Below, piece by piece: positions 33,670 through 43,645 of a stretch of 64,000 nt of DNA. The notes beneath the pieces are model-generated. The model searched no databases. It saw only the letters and a list, made by a program, of their open reading frames with translations, and was not told the DNA's origin. Source of the stretch: an uncultured bacterium (GTDB lineage: Bacteria > Patescibacteriota > Gracilibacteria > Absconditabacterales > Absconditicoccaceae); assembly GCA_903953935.1 (NCBI GenBank), contig CAJBLF010000015.1, forward strand, positions 1,039-65,038, read 5' to 3'. Numbering within the stretch: the first letter of the stretch is position 1; each line of letters starts with the position of its first letter. The position numbers were made by a program, and so were the translations under genes.

Positions 33670-33936
33670 CTATGGTAATTGGGGTTGGTGTTTACCGGGA
33701 GCGCAACGAATTCGTCGCACCTCACAGTGGGCTCTGTACTGATCAACATCTTCATCGATCTCCGTGTTGTATGGATTGACCTGTGGCCACGCATCACCAC
33801 GAAAGTGATCACACATCGGCGTGACTTGTGGGTGCAATTTCCCTGCCTCAATCTTAAAGACCTGATACACTCTCCTAGGATTCAAGTCGAAGTCGAACCT
33901 CCGCTTTCCTTGGTTAACTTTTGCTTTGATTGCCAT
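33670..33936 (-). CDS. Small GC-rich hypothetical protein (88 aa, basic, no TGA)
   Basis: ATG 33936 (MAIKAKVNQGKRRF..) to TAG 33670. Bracketed by two strong terminators. Composition is clearly GC-richer than the neighbours. Confidence 0.4.
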   Translation of the reverse strand: MAIKAKVNQGKRRFDFDLNPRRVYQVFKIEAGKLHPQVTPMCDHFRGDAWPQVNPYNTEIDEDVDQYRAHCEVRRIRCAPGKHQPQLP

Positions 33937-34015
33937 AAATTTTTTGTTTATGTGAGATTTTTTTATAATAATTATATTTAAAAAGTCAACATTACTACCA
34001 ATTTGTTTTTCTCTT

Positions 34016-34043
34016 AAAAAAAACCGTATCTCATACGATACGG
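34016..34043 (-). terminator. Rho-independent terminator
   Basis: CCGTATC-TCATAC-GATACGG, with a T8 run on the minus strand. Confidence 0.75.
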
Positions 34044-34046
34044 CTT

Positions 34047-34487
34047 CTATAGGTCTTGAGATACTATACCCTGTCAATTGGCATAGGTTACAAAGTAATG
34101 TCCTTTATTAAAAAATCCTCTGATAGCATCTTCAATCGCTTCGACCGTTTCTCCATGTTCCTTTAAGAATGTCCTGATGGCATCTTCGTTGAACAATGTT
34201 ATCGGGTATTCTCCCGGCAATAAACTGCCTGTACGTAGGAAATACTTAATTTTTTCAATAGTCACTGTTTTGAAGTTTTCATCGGATGGTCTGGGAGTAT
34301 CCACTCTCTTGAACAGCAACGGTGAGATTTGATACGTCGGACGGATAAGTTGTTCCTCAAATTTTGAATAGTTTTGACCAGGAGGATCAATTCTCCTCTC
34401 AGATTCATACACATCAGTCTTTACTGTTTCGAAACTTTTTATGAACTTGATGATGCTAGCAATCATCATAAAAAACAGATTTTTCAT
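34047..34487 (-). CDS. Hypothetical protein
   Basis: ATG 34487. The track stop at 34074 is TGA, and the frame continues 9 codons to TAG 34047. Confidence 0.5.
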
Positions 34488-34620
34488 TGGTTGCGTTTTT
34501 GTATTTGTTTTACATTTATATATATTTTATATAATATGTCAATACCAAGTAATAATTTTTTTGCTGGTAATTTTTGAGGCTTTCCTTACATTTATATGGA
34601 ATTTAACATTCCATATTCTC

Positions 34621-35682
34621 ATGATACTAGGTTTAGCACCCATGGACTGATTTACCGATTGTGCTTTTCGCCAAATAACGAAAGAAATTTTTGATGTATA
34701 TGGAGAAAAAGAGAAATATACCTTATGATTATGGACTGAATTTATGAACGCTGATGGCTATATTATCAATCCGACATGAGTAATTAAGCACTTATTAACT
34801 GACACAGACCAGTCTCCTGTAATCGCACAAATCTTTTGAGCAAATGAGGGAATGATAATGAAATGTTTCGATGATATTCAGAGTAAATATTTTCATCATT
34901 GAAAATTGAAAATTGAAAATTGAAAATTCAGCTTTGCGGGTATCGAATTGAATATGGGTTGTCCTGCAAGAAACGTCATGAATACCTGATGATGAAGTGC
35001 ATTGTTGAAAGAAAGAAAACAGACATTAGCTATCATAAAAAAACTTTCATGAATTATGAAGATACCATTGAGTATCAAGACAAGAACCGGTAGAGATGAA
35101 CACGATCTCAAAGAACAAATGAATTTTTTGATCGAAATAAGTACCTATGTCAGCATGATCACTATCCACGGAAGAACTGTAAAACAGTGATATTCTGCAG
35201 ATAGTAACTGGGATTTTATCTACAAACTAAAACATAAAGCAGATAAAAAATGTAAGATACTCTGAAATGGTGGAATAAAAAACTATGAAGATATAGCATC
35301 ATTGGCAAAAAATCTAGATGGAGTTATGATTGGTCAAGCAGCTATTGGGAACCCACGAATCTTTACGCCACACACTCCAAGTAGAGAAGAAATAAAAGAA
35401 ACCATTCTGAAACATCTCGACTATATGATTAGCTATGAAAACTATTTTCAAGACCAAAAAGCGAGCTATCAAGATATGTTGTCGATGCCAGAACATTTAC
35501 CTATGAATATCAGAAATCCACAAGCTATTACGCTTGCAGAATTTAGAAAACATTTGTTCCAATATGTAAAATGAATTCCATGATCCAAAGAATTTAAGCA
35601 GAAAGTAAGCACGATAAGTGAATATAATCCGCTCGTACAAGAGATTCAGAAATTTTTTGAAAATGGTGACCAAAATGAATAA
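34621..35682 (+). CDS. tRNA-dihydrouridine synthase (Dus family)
   Basis: LAPMDgFTD, IELNMGCPARNV, NTgggSALL (three consecutive TGA at 34987-34995), TIHGRT, MIGQAAIGNP. Confidence 0.85.
34899..34926 (+). repeat. Perfect 4x TTGAAAA heptamer array inside the dus gene
   Basis: In frame it encodes HHgKLKIENgKF, just before the NMGCP active-site region. Confidence 0.9.
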
Positions 35683-35784
35683 ATATTCTGCTGATAAACT
35701 CTAATTTCTATATCATTCCGACCATTTGAGATTGAGTCTCAATTAAAAAAATCTGGCAAGAATACCTTACCAGACATACTATTG

Positions 35785-36285
35785 TTAGTGCAATCACGTG
35801 AATATTCGTTTAAATACTGTCACGACATTTGCGAAAAGCGAACTTTTGCTTACTCGATGAACATTTGATGTAAAGGATGTATTGATGCTATTCCAGTGCA
35901 TCTCAAGCAAAAAGATACCGAGAGGCGTGTAGTTTAACACTTCGTTTTTCATCTCATTGTTGTTCATGTTCACTTCTCCCTGAGGAGTACTCATGAACAG
36001 TCCCTTCTCATCGGGATCGACATTTTCTTCAGCGATTTTTTTCAGCAAGGACCCCTGGAGCATTTCAATACTGTATGATAAAACACTGAGTGTCTCATCA
36101 TCAAGCGTATCGAAATCCACTACTGCAGTAATCTTTCCCGTTTTTTCATCTGTAGTAAACGTCCAGATTTGCGCTCCTATGCTTTTAAGATGTTGGAGAT
36201 CTTCAATAGCTGTTTTTTGCATCGCTCCGACAAGAGAGGCTAGACTAATTTGCTGTTCTTTTGTTATGTTTTTAAAGTCTATCAT
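35785..36285 (-). CDS. Hypothetical protein
   Basis: ATG 36285. The only TGA lies 3 codons before TAA 35785. Confidence 0.5.
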
Positions 36286-36421
36286 AATGTCTTTTTTTTG
36301 TTTTTTATATGTATTTATCTAAATAAGTCAATCTTATCTACATTAGCACACAATAGACAGTACTCGTTACCTAACAGCAGAAAAAAAATGAATAAATATG
36401 TTTTAATCATATCTTATATTT

Positions 36422-36446
36422 AAAAAAATACCAGGAATATCCTGGC
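36422..36446 (-). terminator. Rho-independent terminator
   Basis: CCAGG-AATAT-CCTGG, with a T7 run on the minus strand. Confidence 0.65.
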
Positions 36447-36473
36447 ATCTTAGTTGTTTGTACTGAGATCATG

Positions 36474-36734
36474 TTACTGAATGACTTCGTGTCCGAGTTC
36501 GGTATATTTTTCGAGCACGGCAGACACCATAGTACTAACACAACCGCTATGGACAAGATTAGCAAATGCAATATAGAGACTTTCTGTATCAACGGTGGTG
36601 ATTTCTGCCGCCATCTTAGCCTGTTTTGGTCTTTCAAGATCCCTTAATAAGAGCTCAAGAGACTCGTTTGCACCTTCTTCTCTGCTAAAACATTTTGCAG
36701 CAGCCAAAATTCCGATAAGCGTGAATTGTTTCAT
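36474..36734 (-). CDS. Hypothetical small protein (85 aa)
   Basis: Intact ORF from ATG 36734 to TAA 36474. Confidence 0.45.
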   Translation of the reverse strand: MKQFTLIGILAAAKCFSREEGANESLELLLRDLERPKQAKMAAEITTVDTESLYIAFANLVHSGCVSTMVSAVLEKYTELGHEVIQ

Positions 36735-36858
36735 ACCTGTACTTTTTTATGTGTTTTGTACTTATTTTATATACTTATAAATAAAAAAGTCAATAGATAT
36801 TGATTTCAGAACATAAATATATACTCTATCACTCTAAAACACATATAAATATACACAT

Positions 36859-37623
36859 ATGCAAATAGAAAATCAAAACACAATCGCCACTATCAGCGAT
36901 GACTTCCCTACTATTACCGCATGGAAAGTAGATGGAATGGATATCTTATTTCCTGAACGAATCCTGCCTATAGATGGTAAACAAAGAAAACGAGGCGGAA
37001 TACCTATCTGTTTTCCTAACTTTGGAATACCTGTCAACTACAAAGGAGCACAAATTCCTCAGCATGGATTCTTGCGGGACACAAAAAAAGCTCTCTATGT
37101 ATCCGAGACGGCAAGTGATTTCATTGTTATGAGCGGCATCATAGATGCCTATGACGTATCCTATGAAATGACTATCAAAATGCAGGTGCATCATCAATTC
37201 AACACGCCTACTCTGACACAGACACTCTCCGTGTGGTCCGGCAATCCCTCGGAGGTAATGCCACTTTGTCTCGGATTTCACCCCTATTTCAAAGTAAACA
37301 GAAAATATTTAAATTTTCTGCGGGATGGGAAAGCTATGAATATGGACATCTTTTCTGACGAAAATCTTCTCCGTGCTCAAACCTTTGACTTCAGAAATGT
37401 GTTCGAAGTCCAGCTTGATGAGAAGCTATCTGTCATTATGGTCTGTCTGGGCGATTTCGAAACAGATCGTCAACGAGTCTGTATCTGGTCTGACAATCCT
37501 GATGAATATATCTGTATTGAACCTATCATCCATGATAGCACGCTTTTCGGAACCCCACAAGGACATTTCGTAGGAAACAAAAAACAAGAATTCCATGTTT
37601 CCTATGCGTGTAAAACATGGTAA
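36859..37623 (+). CDS. Aldose 1-epimerase superfamily protein (glucose-6-phosphate 1-epimerase-like)
   Basis: RGGIPICFPNFG, PQHGFLR, LGFHPYF. 254 aa with 15 Gly and no TGA. GC-richer than the neighbours. Confidence 0.7.
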   Translation: MQIENQNTIATISDDFPTITAWKVDGMDILFPERILPIDGKQRKRGGIPICFPNFGIPVNYKGAQIPQHGFLRDTKKALYVSETASDFIVMSGIIDAYDVSYEMTIKMQVHHQFNTPTLTQTLSVWSGNPSEVMPLCLGFHPYFKVNRKYLNFLRDGKAMNMDIFSDENLLRAQTFDFRNVFEVQLDEKLSVIMVCLGDFETDRQRVCIWSDNPDEYICIEPIIHDSTLFGTPQGHFVGNKKQEFHVSYACKTW

Positions 37624-37853
37624 AACAAGAAAATAAAATAAGACGCCGAAACTTCCAAAAGAAGTTCAACGTCGTTTTTATCCAGCTTTGCTGAATAGGA
37701 ATTGTTTTGAAATTCCTATGTGACAAGCATGACCCAGCGGAATATTTTCGCTGGTTTTTTTGTTTTCGAGCATTTTATACAATTATAATTTGAATCTCAG
37801 TGAAATTTCCATACTAATTCGTTTATGAATTACGAACGCTTTGACCACAACAT

Positions 37854-37895
37854 ACCTAAACTAACAACTAACAACTTAGAGTGAACAACTAAAAA
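37854..37895. repeat. Heptamer array ACCTAAA CTAACAA CTAACAA CTTAGAG TGAACAA CTAAAAA in the priA-like leader
   Basis: Read directly. Confidence 0.75.
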
Positions 37896-37914
37896 GTCTA
37901 TTTTTCTTGTCAAT

Positions 37915-38904
37915 ATGAGCAAAGAGATTACTTCATATTTTTCGCAATTGGCCAGTGATGGTATAGAAAAATATCTCAATCAATGAAAGAAAATCTGAAT
38001 TCTTGTAAATAAAAAATGATATTCTGGGGGCATAATCTGTCACGAATGCTGAAGTATTCCAAAATGTAAAAATTGTTCGATAAGCATTAGCTATCATAAG
38101 CTATCTTCTTGAGACACTATCTGACTCTGTCACATCTGTAAGACCCAATACACTGTTCCCACAACGTGTCCTACCTGTCGTAGCACGAAAATCAAAGAAT
38201 TCTGATTGGGAACCCAAAAAGTCGCTGAATACCTAAAAAACCAATATGGAAAAGATGCCCTTATCATCGAATCAGAAACAGTTAATTCTCCTAATAAAAT
38301 CAAAAAAATCACAGAACAAATATCTCAACACCAAATCATTATCTGAACCTCTCTCCTCGCTACCCCGCCAAGCAAAATTAATTTTGACCTCGTCATATTT
38401 CTCAATGCAGACTTGGGATTAAATGTACCCGATTATACATCGGCAGAAAGAAATTTTTATTTTCTCTATGAAGCTTTTGTAAAACACCCTACAGCAAATT
38501 TTATTGTACAATCATTTAACCCAGATCAGTACAGCATTCGTAACGCATGTAGAATGAGTAAAGAAAAATTTTATGAAGAAGACAATATTTTTAGAAAGAT
38601 AAATTGATATCCTCCCTTTGGTGAACTTTGTATAATTTTATACAAAAACGAAATTGAAGAATCGCTCTATACCAAAGTTGATACCTTACATAAAGATCTC
38701 CTCTATCTCAAAGAAAAATATCAGTTGAAAGATATTGAAATCTATTCTACCCCACCACTGATTTACAAAATGTTTGGAAAATATAGATATAATATCATCC
38801 TAAAATGACCTACTGTTAGACAATTTATGGATATTGTTTTCACAAAATTGAATATAGCCAAGAAGGGATTTAAGATAGACTGGATGGCTGAAAGTATTGT
38901 ATAA
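37915..38904 (+). CDS. priA: PriA-like protein, C-terminal half only (helicase lobe 2, Cys-rich region, C-terminal domain)
   Basis: Aligns by eye to E. coli PriA from about residue 415 onward: ILVNKKgYSGGIICHECgSIPKCKNC..LCHIC..CPTCRS..FgLGTQKV, IIIgTSLLA. There is no Walker A/B region upstream, and motif VI (GRAGR) is not conserved. Confidence 0.7.
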
Positions 38905-38964
38905 TACATACTTTCGACGTCGTAAAAAACCTCAATTTTTCGGCTTTTTATTGCGTCTCAATTT

Positions 38965-39003
38965 AAAAAAACTCTCCCGAAGATATCGAGAGAATCACGT
39001 ATA
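38965..39003 (-). terminator. Terminator module, copy 1 (39-nt exact repeat)
   Basis: On the minus strand, CTCTCGATATCTTCGGGAGAG followed by a T7 run. Identical to 39456-39494. Confidence 0.7.
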
Positions 39004-39014
39004 ACGTATGCGTA

Positions 39015-39392
39015 CTATTTTTCTTTTTGTATCGTGTCACAAGGACATGGAACATTTGGTTCAAAGTATACAAAATAACCAGATGTCTTACCGTATCCCG
39101 TACGATCATTAGGAGCAAAAGCAACCATACGTAATTCTGTATGCTGCCGTATAAATGATGATAAATGGGTTCCGAAATCACTCTGGTGATACTTAAAGTA
39201 ATACACCCCATTACCAAAATCAGTAATTTCATCAGCTTGAATGGTAGGCGAAACCTTTTGAGGTAAGGAATCTACCACAACATATTGCTTTCCGTCTTGA
39301 CCGGTAATGGTTTTTGTATTCTGTTTTTGTTCGTTTCCACAACCAGCAACAATAATCATCATAATTATTGCTAAGAAAATTTTTGTTTTCAT
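39015..39392 (-). CDS. Lipoprotein, hypothetical (no TGA)
   Basis: MKTKIFLAIIMMIIVAGC lipobox. TAG stop. Confidence 0.6.
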   Translation of the reverse strand: MKTKIFLAIIMMIIVAGCGNEQKQNTKTITGQDGKQYVVVDSLPQKVSPTIQADEITDFGNGVYYFKYHQSDFGTHLSSFIRQHTELRMVAFAPNDRTGYGKTSGYFVYFEPNVPCPCDTIQKEK

Positions 39393-39455
39393 GTTTTTAA
39401 CATTTATTTTTTGTATTGTATTTATATATATTTATATGTAATTGTCAATACAATA

Positions 39456-39494
39456 AAAAAAACTCTCCCGAAGATATCGAGAGAATCACGTATA
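39456..39494 (-). terminator. Terminator module, copy 2 (39-nt exact repeat)
   Basis: AAAAAAACTCTCCCGAAGATATCGAGAGAATCACGTATA is identical to copy 1. Confidence 0.7.
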
Positions 39495-39509
39495 CGTGTA
39501 TTGGCTATA

Positions 39510-39854
39510 TTACCATGCGATAGCGATATATTCTTTTTTGACTATTGTCTTACACAAAGCTACCCGTCCGGCAATTGCCGCATTAGTCCCCAAAGCAGAT
39601 ACTGGTGGGGTTTCTGGAATTTTGAATCCATACAGATTTACAACAATGGTGCTGTTATCTTTTCTTATGTCTATAGGCAATGGATTTTCATATCCATACC
39701 TTTCGGAAGCATAGAACTGTTCTTTGAGTGTGTGCCAATTACCGTATTGTGTCGGCACGTACCCAGCATATTCTGGCAATTCATTCCAATGCTCCCCAAA
39801 TCCGAAATGAGAGGCAATTTCTTCTTTTGTTTCCATGTACTTACTTTTTTTCAT
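39510..39854 (-). CDS. Hypothetical protein (114 aa, no TGA)
   Basis: Intact ORF. Its start overlaps the upstream gene's end by 14 nt. Confidence 0.5.
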   Translation of the reverse strand: MKKSKYMETKEEIASHFGFGEHWNELPEYAGYVPTQYGNWHTLKEQFYASERYGYENPLPIDIRKDNSTIVVNLYGFKIPETPPVSALGTNAAIAGRVALCKTIVKKEYIAIAW

Positions 39855-40260
39855 GGTTATTTTTACTCATTATCCCGTGCACTACAGGGAGAAAATCAAA
39901 ATGGCTCTTCAGCGGGACAATTTCCCTTCTTTTGACGTTTTCACCCCAGTTTTCAAGTGCTGCTTCTATACTGTTTGCCCATACGATTACTTTTGTATGC
40001 CTTTTGTGTTCAAAGAACTTTCTGTAAATTGCCTGTCCAATCTGTGAATCTGGCACCTCAAAATGTCCGTGACTATACATGTTTGGCTGTATGATTACAA
40101 TGTCATAATGAAAACTCGACATAGTACTCAGTTGAAAAAATTTGTGTATAGATGAACAACAATCTACCGCATAATACTGTTTCAATTTCTCATAATATCC
40201 CATATGCGAATGATATCCTGCATCAAGGATCAGAATCTTTTTTTTGTTTTTTTTTGACAT
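39841..40260 (-). CDS. Hypothetical protein, flavodoxin/receiver-like fold suspected (139 aa, no TGA)
   Basis: The KKILILDAG...YDIVIIQPN pattern is the only basis for the fold guess. Intact ORF. Confidence 0.4.
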   Translation of the reverse strand: MSKKNKKKILILDAGYHSHMGYYEKLKQYYAVDCCSSIHKFFQLSTMSSFHYDIVIIQPNMYSHGHFEVPDSQIGQAIYRKFFEHKRHTKVIVWANSIEAALENWGENVKRREIVPLKSHFDFLPVVHGIMSKNNHEKK

Positions 40261-40448
40261 ATTTTTCTATGTGTTTTTATTTACACACCTATATGTATTT
40301 ACAACCACAAGTCAACAAGTATTAGATATTTTTTTATTTGTCAATCTTAAATAGCGATACTACGGGGTGTTTTTTTGCTTCTTATAGTACGCTGAGTATA
40401 CTTACATGGAGCAAATTAAGGTATATTTAGCACTTAGCATTATAAATT

Positions 40449-42497
40449 ATGGAAGTCATCCAAAACGTAGTGTATGATACCGACTATAGCGCATATGTCG
40501 CTGACGGCGGATATCCACTCTTTCAAGCTTCTGCTACAACAGAAAAGCTATGATTTTTCGATAAAATATTATCCAACATATTTCCTAATCTTTATGCAAA
40601 AAAATGATGAACAACAAGTACAGGTAACGCAGGCAACAAAGCAAAAGATGTCTTACCTGAAAATGTCGCCATTAAAGATAAAACATTGAGGGATCAGGTA
40701 AAATACCTCCTAGAACTTCCCGATAACGAATATAATGACAAACTACTTACGAGCAAACTCAGACAATACATCTCCGAAACAGAAAAAGAATATGCATCTG
40801 TTATTAATGATTACAAGACTCATATAGCCCCTTCCTACTGGGAATTTAAATCCACACATTATAATGTGTCTGGAATCTTCTGAAAAACGTATTACGCACA
40901 AAGCTATCCTTCGTATATCGACGCACTTTGGACAAGAGATATTTTTGGTTTACATGCAAAACGAGATATGAGCCGATTCATTTTCCCTGAAGATGACGCA
41001 GCTATTCAGTCGATGTTAAAAAATAGAGCAACTCAACTGAAAGCAGAAGTAAAAGATGCCATGCAAAAAGGAATCACCCTCGATATGGAAATAGAACAGC
41101 AATATAGAGACGTAGAGATGATTAGAGAAAAACTTACCACACGCGAGGAAAGATATTTTGAAAATTCTTTCTACATCAATGTTTACGATGATGACGAAGA
41201 AAAACTCAAAGAAACGGGAAAAAAGATTGAACAAAAAATATCAGGATATGGAATAAGAATCAAAAGTGCAATCCAAAGAATGGATGAATGATTTGTTTCA
41301 TGATTACCACTCTGTACTGATGAACTTGCTATCAGCAGGAGCTCAGTCACTTCATCACTTGCTGGAGGATTTCCATTTATTTCCAACGATATGGTTAGTG
41401 ACACAGGAATTCTTTATGGCGTCAACTTACATACTGGATGATTAGTAATTTTTGATAGATACAATCAAAAACTACCAAACATGAATGGTGTTATACTTGC
41501 TACATCATGAGCTGGAAAATCCTTTACGGTAAAACTTGAGGTTTTGAGATATCTCATCAACGGTATCGATGTTATCATCATTGATCCAGAAAACGAATAT
41601 AAGGCACTCTGTCAGAAAGTAGGCGGTACCTATGTAAACATCGCAACAAATTCACAACAATATCTCAATCCTTTTGATATTCCGCCGAAAATAGAAGATG
41701 TAGAATATGGAAAATGAGATCTTTTGAGAAGTCAGATTATGAGTTTGATATGAATGATTCAGATTCTTATCTGAGGATGTACGCCAGAAGAAGAAGCATT
41801 GTTGGATAAGGCGCTACAAAATACGTATTCATTGAAATGATTTTCCCTAGATGCCGATAATTATGAAGGCAAACAACCACCAATCATGGGAGATCTTATG
41901 AATGTACTCGAAGGCATGGAAGGATGAGATAGACTAGCATTAAGATTAAGTAAATATGTAACCTGAACCTTTGGAAAAGTATTCAACAACTACACCAATA
42001 TCGACATCAACAATAGACTTACCGTAATAAGTATTAGAGATTTGGAAGATGCACTAAAAACTCCTGCCATGTTCAATGTACTCAACTGGATCTGGACTAA
42101 AGTAAGATCCCACAAGAAAAAGAGAATGCTCGCTTGCGATGAAGCATGGATTATGTTCCAAAATGAGACATCAGCAGAATTTCTTTTTGGACTCACTAAA
42201 AGAGCAAGAAAGTATGGATTATGAATCACCGTTATCTCGCAAGATATCGAAGATTTCGTAAAAAGCAAATACGGTAAACCAATCATATCCAACTGTGCTC
42301 TGCAAATATTATTAAAACAATCTACGACTTCGATCAGAGTATTAAATGAACTTTTGTGACTTTCTGATGCTGAGCAGAAAAGACTGGTCTCGGCAGGCAT
42401 ATGAGAATGATTGATTTTTGCTGGTAATCAGCATGTGGGAGTAAAAATACTAGCTTCCCCAGAAGAGAAAGCATTTATCACGACTGACGTAATATAA
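40449..42497 (+). CDS. virB4: VirB4/TraC-like type IV secretion ATPase
   Basis: Walker A GVILATSgAGKSFTVK, IIIDPENEY, Walker B MLACDEAW, GLgITVISQD. About 682 codons in one frame from ATG 40449 to TAA 42495. Confidence 0.75.
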
Positions 42498-42526
42498 CAA
42501 AACAACTACCAACGAATGAATTGTAC

Positions 42527-42558
42527 TTTACAGACTATAGCAATTTACAATAGTTCAT
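42527..42558 (+). promoter_or_regulatory. Conserved intergenic core motif, copy B (TTTACAGACTATAGCAATTTACAATAGTTCAT)
   Basis: 28/32 identical to copy C (55412-55443). Lies about 62 nt upstream of ATG 42613 and is flanked by short-period repeats. Confidence 0.45.
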
Positions 42559-42612
42559 CAACAAACCAAGTCCTAAATTATTCATTTTTACTTATTACTT
42601 ATTCATTCATTT

Positions 42613-43641
42613 ATGATGGAAGAAATGAAAGCAGTTGATACCAACACCAAAACTCAGCTTTCGCTTGCAGCAGCGTTGTTTTTTTCTCCATTGGTACAAA
42701 ACATACTCAACAAAAGCACATGGGATCTCACCGATAAAGATAAAGACTTCGTTCGTGGATACATCAAATTCTGATATATAACCCTCTTGTTTTGACTTAT
42801 TACCATTGCAACTTGAATTCTAAATTATGTATTTACTCTAAATATTCTAAGCGTCATTTACACGGTCAGTATATTTATTTTAATTTTCTTGTTGGTTATA
42901 AGTATAGTCAGTATTCTTTCTGATATTAGCCTCGTCAAATGAGGTGACTATCAGATTAAAACATATACTGTCGAAGGCAACAAAAAAGATATTATATTCA
43001 AATATCTCCCTCTCTACAACATCTATCTCCGATATAACATACATAGCTTTAATAAACCCAATCGATGGATTAAAGAGTCTCTCTTACTCTGGACTATTTT
43101 TTTCTTAGTAAGTATTTTGGGCAATGTTTTTCTCAGCAGCACTATGCTTATTATCATAATATTTAGAGTTGCAGCATTGATGTCTGATATCGATTTTCTC
43201 AATATGAATATCAAACAACATCTCAACGCTTTGTTTTTCAAAAATCCTGAAGAAATCATCTGATATATTACTGGGTCTGTTAGTTACCTTATAAAATCAA
43301 TCACCCATACGATATTTACCATGCAACCATATTCCCTAACAACAGAGATTACCAAGGAAAAGGAAGCATATAGCCATATCATTATTATCAGAGGCAATAC
43401 TTTTCTCATCATAGAATATATTCTCTGAATACTTTTGGCGAGTGGATTGATATATTTTATACACCCAAATTTTAGCATTCGAACGTATTATGCTAGCATA
43501 TGATTATTCATATCAAGATATGTAATTATGGCAGCACAACTTCAACATCTTCCCCATCTTCCTATCGCAAGAGAACTCTTGTTGCTTGTATATACTATCA
43601 TACCATACCTTAAAAGAAAATCTTTTATAAAAAATCCATAA
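42613..43641 (+). CDS. Polytopic membrane protein, hypothetical
   Basis: 342 aa with at least 6 hydrophobic helices. One frame with several TGA. The next gene's ATG begins 5 nt after its stop. Confidence 0.55.
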
Positions 43642-43645
43642 TAAG

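Noticed and set aside
33670-34077. 135-aa version of the GC-rich ORF
   Set aside because: Its N-terminal part spans an AT-rich spacer and the upstream gene's terminator and stop. The internal ATG at 33936 gives the compositionally coherent 88-aa ORF.
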